Below are positions 23,731 through 33,320 of a stretch of DNA of 34,836 nucleotides, piece after piece. This DNA comes from an uncultured Candidatus Saccharibacteria bacterium (GTDB lineage Bacteria > Patescibacteriota > Minisyncoccia > Phycocordibacterales > UBA9973): contig CAZSQH010000001.1 of NCBI GenBank assembly GCA_964608655.1, forward strand, positions 1 through 34,836. The letters run 5' to 3'. The translations under genes were made by a program, and so were the position numbers. The notes beneath the pieces are model-generated. The model did not search any database. It was given only the letters and a program-made list of their open reading frames with translations, and had not been told where the DNA came from. Numbering within the stretch: position 1 is the first letter of the stretch; every line of letters starts with the position of its first letter.

Positions 23731-24615
23731 ATGGAACCATCATCAAGACCTAGTAAACAATTTATCATTCGAGGAAGTATCGCGACCGGAATTGTTGCCA
23801 TTATTCTTATTGTGCAAACTGCATGGTTTCGAGCACTGTTCAATAAAGCACCCCTTGTGCCAATAAACCCAAACGAGACCGTAGGAGATCTTATTACTCG
23901 AGATACCAACGAAAATAACATCCCCGATTGGGAAGAGAAGCTTTGGGGACTTGATCCGACAGTCCTCTACACTGACGGTGTTCCCAATGCAGAGATCATT
24001 GCAGAAAAAAAGAAAGCTCTGGGAGTTATTCCTTCAGGTATGCCTGAAAATGAGACCGATGCGCTTGCCCGAGAGCTCCTCACTATAACGTCAGCCCTTG
24101 GGCAATCTGGAGAACTTTCAGACGAAGCACTTGCCCAAGTAGGGGCACAACTTGCCGAATCAGTTGAATTTCAACAATATGAAAATCATTTTTCACTAAA
24201 AGATGTGCGTACTGTGCAAACAAACAGCACCAGTCTCACTAACTACTACAATTCATTTGGGGCGATTGCTCGAAAATATGCCGCAAGCGCTTCTGAGATA
24301 GACATTATTGCAAAAGCACTCGAAAATGGTGACTTTTCTAACCTTTCACAACTTGAAAATATTGAAAGTCAGTATGAACAGTACGCAAAAGAAGCAATCG
24401 CGCTTTCTGTACCCGTAGGAGTACAGCTCATCCACCTTGAGATGGTCAATAGTATTTATGGATTTTCGATTGCCACAGGATTTATGCGAGAACTTTCTAC
24501 AAATGGAGCAAATGCGCTTGCGGGAATTGCTCTCTATAAGATAAATGATGCTCGTTTTACAAACGCAAGTGAAGCACTACGAACATATTTAACCAGATAC
24601 GGTATACTTGAGTAG
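23731..24615 (+). CDS. N-terminally membrane-anchored hypothetical protein (294 aa)
   Basis: Internal ATG of ORF 23599..24615; the extension overlaps the upstream gene. TM helix IATGIVAIILIVQTAWF. Confidence 0.7.
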   Translation: MEPSSRPSKQFIIRGSIATGIVAIILIVQTAWFRALFNKAPLVPINPNETVGDLITRDTNENNIPDWEEKLWGLDPTVLYTDGVPNAEIIAEKKKALGVIPSGMPENETDALARELLTITSALGQSGELSDEALAQVGAQLAESVEFQQYENHFSLKDVRTVQTNSTSLTNYYNSFGAIARKYAASASEIDIIAKALENGDFSNLSQLENIESQYEQYAKEAIALSVPVGVQLIHLEMVNSIYGFSIATGFMRELSTNGANALAGIALYKINDARFTNASEALRTYLTRYGILE

Positions 24616-24639
24616 GTTATTAAGGTTACAGATTATCAC

Positions 24640-27000
24640 GTGTATCCACGAAACACACATTTATATACGAGTACCATCTTCTTTATACTTTTTTTTGCCG
24701 TTCTCTTGTCTCCCTCCCTTCTCTTTGCTCAAACTGTTCGTTACTCAGGAACATGTATCGACAGCGTGGATAATGACAACGATGGGCGCCGAGACGCCCA
24801 AGATCCAACCTGCAACGAAAGCTATGGGTTCTGTGAGGTGATGACTGAAACATGCCGTCGACAAGTGAGCGCTATTGCTTCTTCAAATGCTCGTCAGCGA
24901 TTCAATCCTTCCGCGACTATTCAAGGAAGTGGTCGCACGTTTGGTGGGGTACAGTTCAGTGGAGTTGGAGGAGCGCTTGCGAGCTGTCTTGATGTGGGCG
25001 GATCGGTGGTACGAGGGATCAGCTCTGTCGCAAGCGACTTATTTAAAAATACGGCAAAAGAAAAACTGGTCGAAGAAGCAAAGAAATCTGCACTTTCTGC
25101 GGTAACTGAAGCAACAGGAGCACTTGAAAAAATACCCGTTGAAGATAGTAAATTAGCAGAAGAAACAAAAAAGGCAAATCAGCGAGAGAGTTGTCTCAAT
25201 GGGGTAGCATACGCCATCGCAAAAAGTCTTTTACAACAAGTAACCAATAAAACACTCAGTTGGGTAAACACCGGTTTTAATGGCAACCCACTCTATGTGC
25301 GAGATATCGATTCCTACTTAAAAACAGTATCTGATGAAAAAATAAATCAATATTTAAATCGTATCCCAAACCAAAATCCTATATTTGGAAATGCGATTCG
25401 CTCAATTGTGACTCAACAAGTAGGGGGTATTCAAGATGGACTCATAAGTAAAACAATGAACACCCCTCAGGCACAAGCGTATGAAAATTTTCAAAATAAT
25501 TTTACCAATGGCGGGTGGCGTGCATTTCTTGACCCTCGCAATGATGCAGTCGGCTCTCTACTTGAAACAGCAGAAGATATTGGGGATGATGTTGGAACAG
25601 TCCAACAAAACGTAATTGACCAGCTCAATCGCAACAGCAACTTTTTAAACCTCACTCGCTGTGTTGAGTATGAAGACGTTGCAGAAGCACAAGCATACCT
25701 AGATAGGTGTCAGGGAGTAACAGACGATGGTGTAGGAAATGAAAACTATGAGTACGCTGGGTGTGGTCACACACAACTGCAAATCATGCAACAACGCATC
25801 AACAATCCTGCTTGTTTAAAAACAGAAACAGTAACCCCAGGATCAGTCATTGCGGCGCAAACCACTGCTGTAACCACCTCCGCAATACGACAACTTGAAC
25901 AAGCAGATGAAATAAACGAAGTGCTTGGATCATTTTTTGATCAAATGCTCAACCGACTCATTTCCGATGGACTCTCTTCTGTTCGAGGAAAAAGTTCTAT
26001 TCCTTTTAGTTACAGCGGGGCAGGAGCGAATGTCGTCATTGGAACAAATGGGCAACCGATTGGCGCTGGGAGTTCTGCGGTGATTGGAGCGCTGGGCTAT
26101 CGAAGTGCTCGTGGTGGCTATGAAGTGACTGAATTTGACATGACTCGCCCTCAAGAGCTTCGAGCAATACTCCAAACACAATATGATTATCTCAGTCGAT
26201 TAAAAGATGCTCGCCAAGCAGTTGATCGTATTGTGCCTACACTTGGTGCACTTGATTATTGTGTTCCGGGACCAAACCCAACATGGCCCGATGGATTTGC
26301 TGGTAATGTGGATATATTTTTTGAAAACCTACAGGAAGTAACAAAAGAATCAAGCTTGGGAAGAAAACTGTTGCAAAGCATTCCTATCATTGGTGCCTTG
26401 TTTGGAGGAGAGCCAAAACCAGATACCATCGCGGTGTCAGACCTTCTCCTGTATGACAAAGCAAGTGGTGCTGGGCAGAACGTAGGAGATAGAGCATTTC
26501 ACAGAAAACGAAGAGAGGGATTTGAGCTTGCAGAAAAAATACAAAACGCATATGACAACCTAGTAACAGACTACAATAATCACTACACTCCTCAAAAAAT
26601 TGTTGATGCATTTGTTCGGGTTGATAGCGATCCAGTATTTGCAAAAGCAACAATTGAAGATATCCTTGCGGAAACAAGCAATCTTCCTGGATACGGACTC
26701 GGTATTGTAGAAATAGAAAATGAATACAACCCAGCAGAAATCGGCGTGATCAATGCGATTAACGAACTTGAAGATATTCGACAAGAAGCAAATGAAATCG
26801 TAAGTATTGCAAAAGCACGCTACATACGAGAGCAAGAACTTGCCGGAACCCCTGTAAATCTAGAGTGTATCAATAGTGCGTATGTTATCGATACCACTCC
26901 TATTATCCCTGTTGCTCGACAAGAAGGAGATGCAGTGTCGCCATTTTATGAACGATCAAACAACGCAACCATTAATTTCTATAACACGCTTCGCCTATAG
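24640..27000 (+). CDS. large secreted protein, hypothetical (786 aa)
   Basis: Signal peptide ..LLFAQT. Cys-rich N-terminus with the Asp-rich motif DSVDNDNDGRRDAQDP. GTG start, so the start is uncertain. Confidence 0.8.
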   Translation: MYPRNTHLYTSTIFFILFFAVLLSPSLLFAQTVRYSGTCIDSVDNDNDGRRDAQDPTCNESYGFCEVMTETCRRQVSAIASSNARQRFNPSATIQGSGRTFGGVQFSGVGGALASCLDVGGSVVRGISSVASDLFKNTAKEKLVEEAKKSALSAVTEATGALEKIPVEDSKLAEETKKANQRESCLNGVAYAIAKSLLQQVTNKTLSWVNTGFNGNPLYVRDIDSYLKTVSDEKINQYLNRIPNQNPIFGNAIRSIVTQQVGGIQDGLISKTMNTPQAQAYENFQNNFTNGGWRAFLDPRNDAVGSLLETAEDIGDDVGTVQQNVIDQLNRNSNFLNLTRCVEYEDVAEAQAYLDRCQGVTDDGVGNENYEYAGCGHTQLQIMQQRINNPACLKTETVTPGSVIAAQTTAVTTSAIRQLEQADEINEVLGSFFDQMLNRLISDGLSSVRGKSSIPFSYSGAGANVVIGTNGQPIGAGSSAVIGALGYRSARGGYEVTEFDMTRPQELRAILQTQYDYLSRLKDARQAVDRIVPTLGALDYCVPGPNPTWPDGFAGNVDIFFENLQEVTKESSLGRKLLQSIPIIGALFGGEPKPDTIAVSDLLLYDKASGAGQNVGDRAFHRKRREGFELAEKIQNAYDNLVTDYNNHYTPQKIVDAFVRVDSDPVFAKATIEDILAETSNLPGYGLGIVEIENEYNPAEIGVINAINELEDIRQEANEIVSIAKARYIREQELAGTPVNLECINSAYVIDTTPIIPVARQEGDAVSPFYERSNNATINFYNTLRL

Positions 27001-27003
27001 CTT

Positions 27004-27945
27004 ATGAAGAAAATCCTTAAACTAATTTTGCTTATCGTCATCATTGTTGCCATTGTTTTGGTGGTATGGTGGCTCGTCGGAAGAAATACCGCTGTTAAAA
27101 ATGGAACCTCTCCTGTTTCATTTCGTTCATTTATTGGATTAGGAGATGGTAATCCTCTCCCTGGACCTGATAGTGGAGGGCTCACTCCTGATACTACTGG
27201 CTCTCAAGGTACTGCTACTACCCCTGATGGAAATGATGACGGTATAGACGATGACTTTTCTGATGAAAATGACGTACTCGATAGAGACTATGCTGATGTA
27301 AGCGTATTTACTGAGGGACCACTCACACCAGCAGATTCAGATGGGGGAGGAGCTGGTGGTGGAAGCACGGGAGGTGGTGGAACAAGTGGTGGTGGAGGAG
27401 CTGGTGGTGGAAGCACGGGAGGTGGTGGAACAAGTGGTGGTGGAGGAGCTGGTGGTGGAAGCACGGGAGGTGGTGGAACAAGTGGTGGTGGTACCCCACC
27501 TGGAGATATTCCTCCTGTATTTCCCATATGCTCTGATGCTGATGTTACGATCACCTTCACTCCTGATGAAATCAGAAGACTCAATGCTCTTCAGACACGC
27601 TTTTATGCTATTGCTGTTGATCTTCGAACTGACACCGATGTTGATACTGAACTTGTAAACTATGATGTGTTTAAAGCAAAAGCAGACACCATCGCAGAAT
27701 TCTATAACTATTGCCAATCAAAAGCTCCCCTCATCACAGCGGCACCTTACAAGACCCGTGTGGGAACTCCCTATTGGTATGAGCCAGGAAAAGATCAAAC
27801 CGGCTATCTTAACAATATGCGTGTGTATTCAACTTCTAGCACTTTTATCAACAATGCCCTCAACAACTATCGTATCGTGAACCCTTACGATCAATCACGC
27901 ACAAAAGCGGTGCTTGAACATTTGTTTAAAGTAAATCTTTGGTAA
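27004..27945 (+). CDS. membrane-anchored protein with a Gly-rich tandem-repeat linker (313 aa)
   Basis: TM helix ILKLILLIVIIVAIVLVVWWLV. An acidic stretch, then a 3 x 16-aa Gly/Ser/Thr repeat, then a ~150-aa C-terminal domain. Confidence 0.8.
   Translation: MKKILKLILLIVIIVAIVLVVWWLVGRNTAVKNGTSPVSFRSFIGLGDGNPLPGPDSGGLTPDTTGSQGTATTPDGNDDGIDDDFSDENDVLDRDYADVSVFTEGPLTPADSDGGGAGGGSTGGGGTSGGGGAGGGSTGGGGTSGGGGAGGGSTGGGGTSGGGTPPGDIPPVFPICSDADVTITFTPDEIRRLNALQTRFYAIAVDLRTDTDVDTELVNYDVFKAKADTIAEFYNYCQSKAPLITAAPYKTRVGTPYWYEPGKDQTGYLNNMRVYSTSSTFINNALNNYRIVNPYDQSRTKAVLEHLFKVNLW
27346..27489. repeat. three perfect tandem copies of a 48-bp unit (in-frame, coding)
   Basis: ggaggagctggtggtggaagcacgggaggtggtggaacaagtggtggt occurs at 27346-27393, 27394-27441 and 27442-27489. 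Confidence 0.95.
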
Positions 27946-28005
27946 GTATTGTTTTCCTCTTTAATATTGCTTAAATATAAGCATAGTTACTGGTATACTG
28001 TGTAC

Positions 28006-31000
28006 GTGCACGCACGCTTTTTTCCCTTTATAAAAAAGTTACAGAAGGTGTTTTTTCGTACAACAAAAACATTGGTGCTTTCTCTTGTCCTTATTTTTTC
28101 TTTTCTCTCAAGTGTCGCTCCCGCGTTCGCTCAAGGAGTTGACCAGTGTCCTGGTGTTGTAGGAATACAAACATCAACCCCTTGCGAAAGTAAGTGGGAT
28201 GAGTATAAAACCCTTTTCACAAAAGGAGATACAGAAAAACCAATCTTCGGGTATGGGTGGTTATTTGATAACGAAACAAACAAAACGAAAGTGACTGGCA
28301 TTCGCTTCTCTTTTATAGCAAAGTTTGATTTAACAAAACACACTAAAAAATGGTACTGGGACCATGTCGTTTCTTATAACGATGATAATGATAATGGTTT
28401 CATAATCCGTATTTGTTCTGTAGGAACAGATGGTCAAATAACTACTTCTTGCTCATACACCCCTGTGAGTTATTTACGAGGACAAAATGCAGCAACCGTA
28501 GAAATTGCTCGAGCTATCAATCAAGATGTTTTTACAACCGCTATTTATAGAAATATTTACGACGCCCCACCAGGAGATTTATTTCTTGGTGTTTTACAAA
28601 ATGACTACCGTAACAAATTTGGTGTAAATGTTGCTTTAGCAAATACTTCTCTTAGCCCAGCTTTAACTCCAGGAAATCGATACCAGGCAGACTTTTGGTA
28701 CTGTCCAGGAAATAGTGAGACAAGAAACGATGCTACAGATCCAAACACAACAGAAAACGGCCCCATATCTCCAAATATTCCAACAAATGATGAGCATATT
28801 AAAGATTTTGGTCCTTTATGTAAAGGAATAAGTGATCATCGTGCTTATTTTAGAATAGGAGAACCAAAAACATTTATTTATCCTGCCACAATAGAAGATG
28901 CAACCAATGACACTGGGGTCACCGCTGCTGCAACAAATGAAGACAATTATTCTGATCGCGATGGGAATGATTCCATCCTTCCAAAATGTCACATCCTCAA
29001 TGGATGGGGACCAGGAACAGGATCGTTTGTCGGGTGCCTTGCAGTTCTAGGATACTACATGATTTACCGACCTATTCAGTGGTTTGCTGGTTTAATGGGT
29101 AATATCTTTGACTTTTTCCTTGGATACTCTATTAGCGATGAGGCCTACCGGATGGAGTTTGCAGTAAAAGGGTGGCAGCTTATCCGTGATATTTCAAATA
29201 TTTTCTTTATCATTATTTTGGTATGGACTGGATTTGCAACTGTTTTCAGTATAGGAAACATCTCTATGAAGCAGGTGGTACCTGCACTCATCGTCAATGC
29301 GCTCATTATTAACTTTAGCTTATTTGCGACTCGAGTTGCGATTGATATTTCAAACATATTTGCTCGTGTTATCTACAACTCCATGAGTGTAGTAGACAAC
29401 AACAAAAACACTCTTTCTGGACCAGGGGGATACAAATCACTTTCTGCAAAAATTGTATCGTCATTTAATCCACAAAACATGTTTAAAACTCAGTATATTT
29501 CTCCTGAGCAAGAACTCGTCCAAAACTATGATCCCAAAAATGATGATGATGCCACTGCTGGAGGAGGAGCATATGACGGAGGAACATTTAACTCACAATC
29601 AGCAGGAACAGATCTTGAGAATGCAAAAAAACTAAGACGTACTGATAGTGCGTACGCAGGATACTTTATCATTGTGACGCTTCTTGCGGGGACAATATTG
29701 TTTGGTGTTGCAAAAATGTTTTGGAAAACTGCATTTCTTTTCCTTGGAAGAGTGATGGGGCTCTACATTACTATGATTTTTGCCCCATTTGCATTTCTTA
29801 CAAGAAAAAATATGCCCCTCATAGGAGGCATCCCCCAAATATCGTGGAGTTCATGGATAAAAGATCTCACAAACTATTGTTTGATGGCACCGGTGTTTAT
29901 GTTGTTCTTGTACGTTGTCTATCTCTTTGTAAACAGTGAATTTGTTCAAGTATTTGCAAATAAAGAAACTGATTTTTTTGAAGCGGTCATTGCCATTGCA
30001 GTCCCGATGTTGATTGTGTATACCCTTATTAATTTTGGGGTAAATATTGCAAAAAGTTTTTCTGGAACAGTTGGGCAAATGATTCAAAATAAAGTAGAAG
30101 GTATCACAGGAGGAATTGGTGGTATTGCAGGAACTGCGGTTGGAGTAGGTGCGGGAGCGCTTGCGTTTGCTGGAAGAAATGTACTCGGAAGAGGAATGCG
30201 TTCGTTTGGAAAAAGTAAAACTGGAAGAATGATTAAAGATAAGGATGGAAACGACGTCGAAGAAACGAGAGAAATGAGTTGGGCAGCAAATGCTGATAGT
30301 AGCAAGTGGGCACGCTTCATGAACTACGCTACCAACAAGAGCCAGACAGGGTCATGGGATGTGCGCAACTTGGGAGTAAAAATCGGAAAGAAAGAATACA
30401 CCGCCGGAGGAACATTTAACAAAGGATTTGGATTGCTCAGTCAAGAAAAAATCTCAGATAAGCTCAGTGACGACCTTGGTGTTGGAAAAGATAAGGCGCT
30501 CGGAAAAGGAGATAAACCTGGTGGTATTTTGAAACTTGACGAAGAAAATAAGAAAGCGCGAGCAGAAAAACTCAAAAATAAAATCAAGTATGATCATCTC
30601 TCTGATGAAGATGCTCAAAAAATATGGGCGGAAATTCGAAGAAAGAAAATTGAACAATATGGTGAAGCTGAATGGGAAAAACATGTTGGTTCAACTGACG
30701 CAATGAAGTTCCATAAAGAAAAGTTTGAAACTGCAGAAAAAGAATTAAAAGAAGCTAAAGATGCTTTGAAGAAAGCGCAAGAAGAAGGAAAAACATCTCT
30801 CGCTGCAGACCAGTTGAAAGTAAAACGAGCAGAAGAAAATGTAGAAAAAATAAAGAAAGAAAAAGAACAAGCAGAAAAACAACTTATTGCCGATATAAAA
30901 CTAGGAAAACATGGAGATCGTAAAAAAGAAGCGATTGAAGCTGCTAAAAAAGCAGAAGAAGAACGTCTTGATAAGTATGGAAACATAAAAAACAAGAGTG

Positions 31001-31647
31001 GTCTCGAGGGGGCAATGCGTGGGGAATATGCAGAAGATCTCCGTAAGAACTCTCTCTTTATGAAGGATGGAAAACCTCGTTATTGGCCAGGAGTCCTCGG
31101 CACTGGTATTGCTGCAACACTTGCAATGGTTTCTCCGTTAGGCGCAGTCATTGGTGCGGCAATGTTTGCAAACATGACCAAAGGGATGCTGAGAAACCTT
31201 GTGGGAATAAACACTGGTGCAACAAAGAAAATAATTGATGAAGCGCGAAAGAGTCAGGGTCGAGGAAGTCAGGAGGTGCAACTTACTGAAAAAATGGAGA
31301 TGCTCAGTAATAAACTCTGTGAAGCGGTAAATAGCCAACTTGGCACCAGTTTCAAAAAGTTTGAAGAAATGACCTTGCAACAAATAGAAGATGGTGTGAT
31401 TGGAAAAACTACCGATCTTCAAAAAGAAATTGCGGATCTTAAGTTTAATAAACCGGCTGGTTGGGAAAAAGAAGTGAGAAAACGCGAGGTGCACATAAGA
31501 ACTCTTGAAAATGCAGTTGAAGATTACGAACGTCACCAGAACAACTTAGAACGTATACAAGCAAACAAAAAAAAGGCCTCGGAGGATAAAGGAAAACCAA
31601 AAGACAGCGGTGGAAAAGATGGTGGAGATAATAAGGGAACCAAATAA
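28006..31647 (+). CDS. giant polytopic membrane protein, candidate VirB6/TrbL-like channel component with a K/E-rich coiled-coil tail
   Basis: Signal-like N-terminus (..VAPAFAQG), a ~300-aa outside domain, a block of many hydrophobic helices (aa ~360-720 of the ORF), then a Lys/Glu-rich C-terminal third. The ORF-track start is TTG 27949. GTG 28006 is preferred (TATACT 6 nt upstream) and GTG 28048 is also possible. The VirB6-like call is inferred from topology and operon context only. Confidence 0.7.
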   Translation: MHARFFPFIKKLQKVFFRTTKTLVLSLVLIFSFLSSVAPAFAQGVDQCPGVVGIQTSTPCESKWDEYKTLFTKGDTEKPIFGYGWLFDNETNKTKVTGIRFSFIAKFDLTKHTKKWYWDHVVSYNDDNDNGFIIRICSVGTDGQITTSCSYTPVSYLRGQNAATVEIARAINQDVFTTAIYRNIYDAPPGDLFLGVLQNDYRNKFGVNVALANTSLSPALTPGNRYQADFWYCPGNSETRNDATDPNTTENGPISPNIPTNDEHIKDFGPLCKGISDHRAYFRIGEPKTFIYPATIEDATNDTGVTAAATNEDNYSDRDGNDSILPKCHILNGWGPGTGSFVGCLAVLGYYMIYRPIQWFAGLMGNIFDFFLGYSISDEAYRMEFAVKGWQLIRDISNIFFIIILVWTGFATVFSIGNISMKQVVPALIVNALIINFSLFATRVAIDISNIFARVIYNSMSVVDNNKNTLSGPGGYKSLSAKIVSSFNPQNMFKTQYISPEQELVQNYDPKNDDDATAGGGAYDGGTFNSQSAGTDLENAKKLRRTDSAYAGYFIIVTLLAGTILFGVAKMFWKTAFLFLGRVMGLYITMIFAPFAFLTRKNMPLIGGIPQISWSSWIKDLTNYCLMAPVFMLFLYVVYLFVNSEFVQVFANKETDFFEAVIAIAVPMLIVYTLINFGVNIAKSFSGTVGQMIQNKVEGITGGIGGIAGTAVGVGAGALAFAGRNVLGRGMRSFGKSKTGRMIKDKDGNDVEETREMSWAANADSSKWARFMNYATNKSQTGSWDVRNLGVKIGKKEYTAGGTFNKGFGLLSQEKISDKLSDDLGVGKDKALGKGDKPGGILKLDEENKKARAEKLKNKIKYDHLSDEDAQKIWAEIRRKKIEQYGEAEWEKHVGSTDAMKFHKEKFETAEKELKEAKDALKKAQEEGKTSLAADQLKVKRAEENVEKIKKEKEQAEKQLIADIKLGKHGDRKKEAIEAAKKAEEERLDKYGNIKNKSGLEGAMRGEYAEDLRKNSLFMKDGKPRYWPGVLGTGIAATLAMVSPLGAVIGAAMFANMTKGMLRNLVGINTGATKKIIDEARKSQGRGSQEVQLTEKMEMLSNKLCEAVNSQLGTSFKKFEEMTLQQIEDGVIGKTTDLQKEIADLKFNKPAGWEKEVRKREVHIRTLENAVEDYERHQNNLERIQANKKKASEDKGKPKDSGGKDGGDNKGTK

Positions 31648-31650
31648 TAT

Positions 31651-32187
31651 ATGGATACACTCACAACACAACAAAATACTATCAATGAAGCGTTCAATAA
31701 TATCCCCCCTGAAGTAGAGGAATTTATGTGGAGTGATGCCTACACTATTATTGTTGACGCAATAAAAGAAACGCTCTCGCTCACCGATGCCCAGCGCGAT
31801 ATGGTTCGACAACTAAGCTATGACCTTCTTCTTAAACTAAAAACAGTTCCCCAAATAACAGAAGAGTTCCTCAACGCTGGTATTTCTCAAGAAACAACTG
31901 CAAAAATTATCTACCTTATTGATAGTGAAATCACCACTCGCGCAGTAAATATCGCAGAGTTTTATGCGCCCCACGAAGACGACATCGAACTTGAAGAAAA
32001 AGCAGTCCCTGCTTCACCATCAGAAAAACCAGCTCCCGATGTATTTACTTCACTTGAACAAAGACTTAAAAACACAACGGTGGTTGCGCCAATTGCAAGA
32101 GCGACACCCTTAACACAAATTTCTGTTAAAGAAGTACCTCAAACCCCTCCACGAATTGACCCCTATCGAGAACTTCCTGAAAAATAG
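31651..32187 (+). CDS. acidic hypothetical protein (178 aa)
   Basis: Clean ORF, 3 nt after the upstream stop. Confidence 0.7.
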   Translation: MDTLTTQQNTINEAFNNIPPEVEEFMWSDAYTIIVDAIKETLSLTDAQRDMVRQLSYDLLLKLKTVPQITEEFLNAGISQETTAKIIYLIDSEITTRAVNIAEFYAPHEDDIELEEKAVPASPSEKPAPDVFTSLEQRLKNTTVVAPIARATPLTQISVKEVPQTPPRIDPYRELPEK

Positions 32188-32237
32188 CACACCACAAAAA
32201 GTACAGAGAGGAACACTTCTGAGGTATACTAGAGTGT

Positions 32238-32633
32238 ATGCAATTTAAAGTCCCTCAATTTATCGATATTGAAGATAAAGTATTTGGACCACTCACGTTT
32301 AAACAGTTTGCGTACCTTGCGGGAGGGGGAGGACTTATATATCTTTCATTTAAAATACTTCCTTTATTTTTAGCACTTCCTGTGGCGGGTGTTTGTGGCG
32401 CACTCGCACTAGCGCTCGCATTTTTGAAATATAATGAGAAACCATTTGTTCACACTGTTGAAGCGTTCATAAAGTTTTATACAAAATCAAGATTGTATCT
32501 ATGGCGCAAAGAACATCCCACAAAACAATCTTCTCTTCCAATAGAAGATGGAAAAAGTATTCGCTCTACACTTACCGAAAGCAAGCTAAAAACGCTCTCG
32601 TGGAGTTTGGATGTAATCGACCCTAAAAAATAA
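32238..32633 (+). CDS. PrgI-family (VirB3-like) small membrane protein
   Basis: MQFKVPQFIDIEDKVFGPLTFKQFAYLAGGGG.. followed by two TM helices, the typical PrgI-family N-terminus, sitting just before a VirB4-type ATPase. TATACT sits 7 nt before the ATG. Confidence 0.75.
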   Translation: MQFKVPQFIDIEDKVFGPLTFKQFAYLAGGGGLIYLSFKILPLFLALPVAGVCGALALALAFLKYNEKPFVHTVEAFIKFYTKSRLYLWRKEHPTKQSSLPIEDGKSIRSTLTESKLKTLSWSLDVIDPKK

Positions 32634-32636
32634 TCC

Positions 32637-33284
32637 ATGGCAACCATCGGCACCCCTGCTCAACAATTTGTTCCTGTAAAAGAAGTACGCGACGGCATCG
32701 TTGTACTGAAAGATGGCACTCTTTGCTCTATTGTTTTGGTTTCATCGGTAAATCTAAGTTTAAAGGCATATGATGAGCAACGAGCAGTGTTGATGCAATT
32801 TCAAAATTTTTTAAACACACTCGATTTTCCTATCGAAATAGTGATTCAATCTCGTCGCTATGACGTACGACCCTACATTTTAACCTTAGAAAAAAGACTT
32901 CAAGAACAAAACGAGCAATTACTACAAGTACAAACACGGGAGTATATTGATTTTATCCAATCGTTTAGTGATCAAGTAAACATTATGCGAAAATCGTTCT
33001 TTATTGTTGTTCCTTATATCCCTCCCATCCTCAACCAAAAGAAAGGTGTTGGAAAACTATTTTCATTTCTTAAAAAACCATCTGTTGAAGAAGGGATTAA
33101 TGATTTTGAAGAACAACGAACACAGCTCGAGGAACGAATGAGTGTCGTACAGCAAGGATTAAACCGTCTAGGGCTTCGTTTGGCACAGCTCGGCACACAA
33201 GAGGTGATCGAACTCCTCTATAAAACATTTAACCCTGGGGAAACAACTAGCCAAGCAAAAGCGGAATCAGCAACAACAAAGTAG
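32637..33284 (+). CDS. T4SS-operon hypothetical protein (215 aa)
   Basis: Clean ORF between the PrgI-like and VirB4-like genes. No family recognised with confidence. Confidence 0.7.
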   Translation: MATIGTPAQQFVPVKEVRDGIVVLKDGTLCSIVLVSSVNLSLKAYDEQRAVLMQFQNFLNTLDFPIEIVIQSRRYDVRPYILTLEKRLQEQNEQLLQVQTREYIDFIQSFSDQVNIMRKSFFIVVPYIPPILNQKKGVGKLFSFLKKPSVEEGINDFEEQRTQLEERMSVVQQGLNRLGLRLAQLGTQEVIELLYKTFNPGETTSQAKAESATTK

Positions 33285-33320
33285 GAGGTGACACATTTTA
33301 ACGGTATACTATAACAATAA

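Noticed and set aside
27346-27489. Regular 48-bp repeats as a possible CRISPR or minisatellite array
   Set aside because: The units are directly abutting with no spacers, lie inside a long ORF and are in frame. They encode a Gly-rich linker. ORFs 27288..27584, 27337..27717 and 27341..27658 are frame shadows of this repeat.
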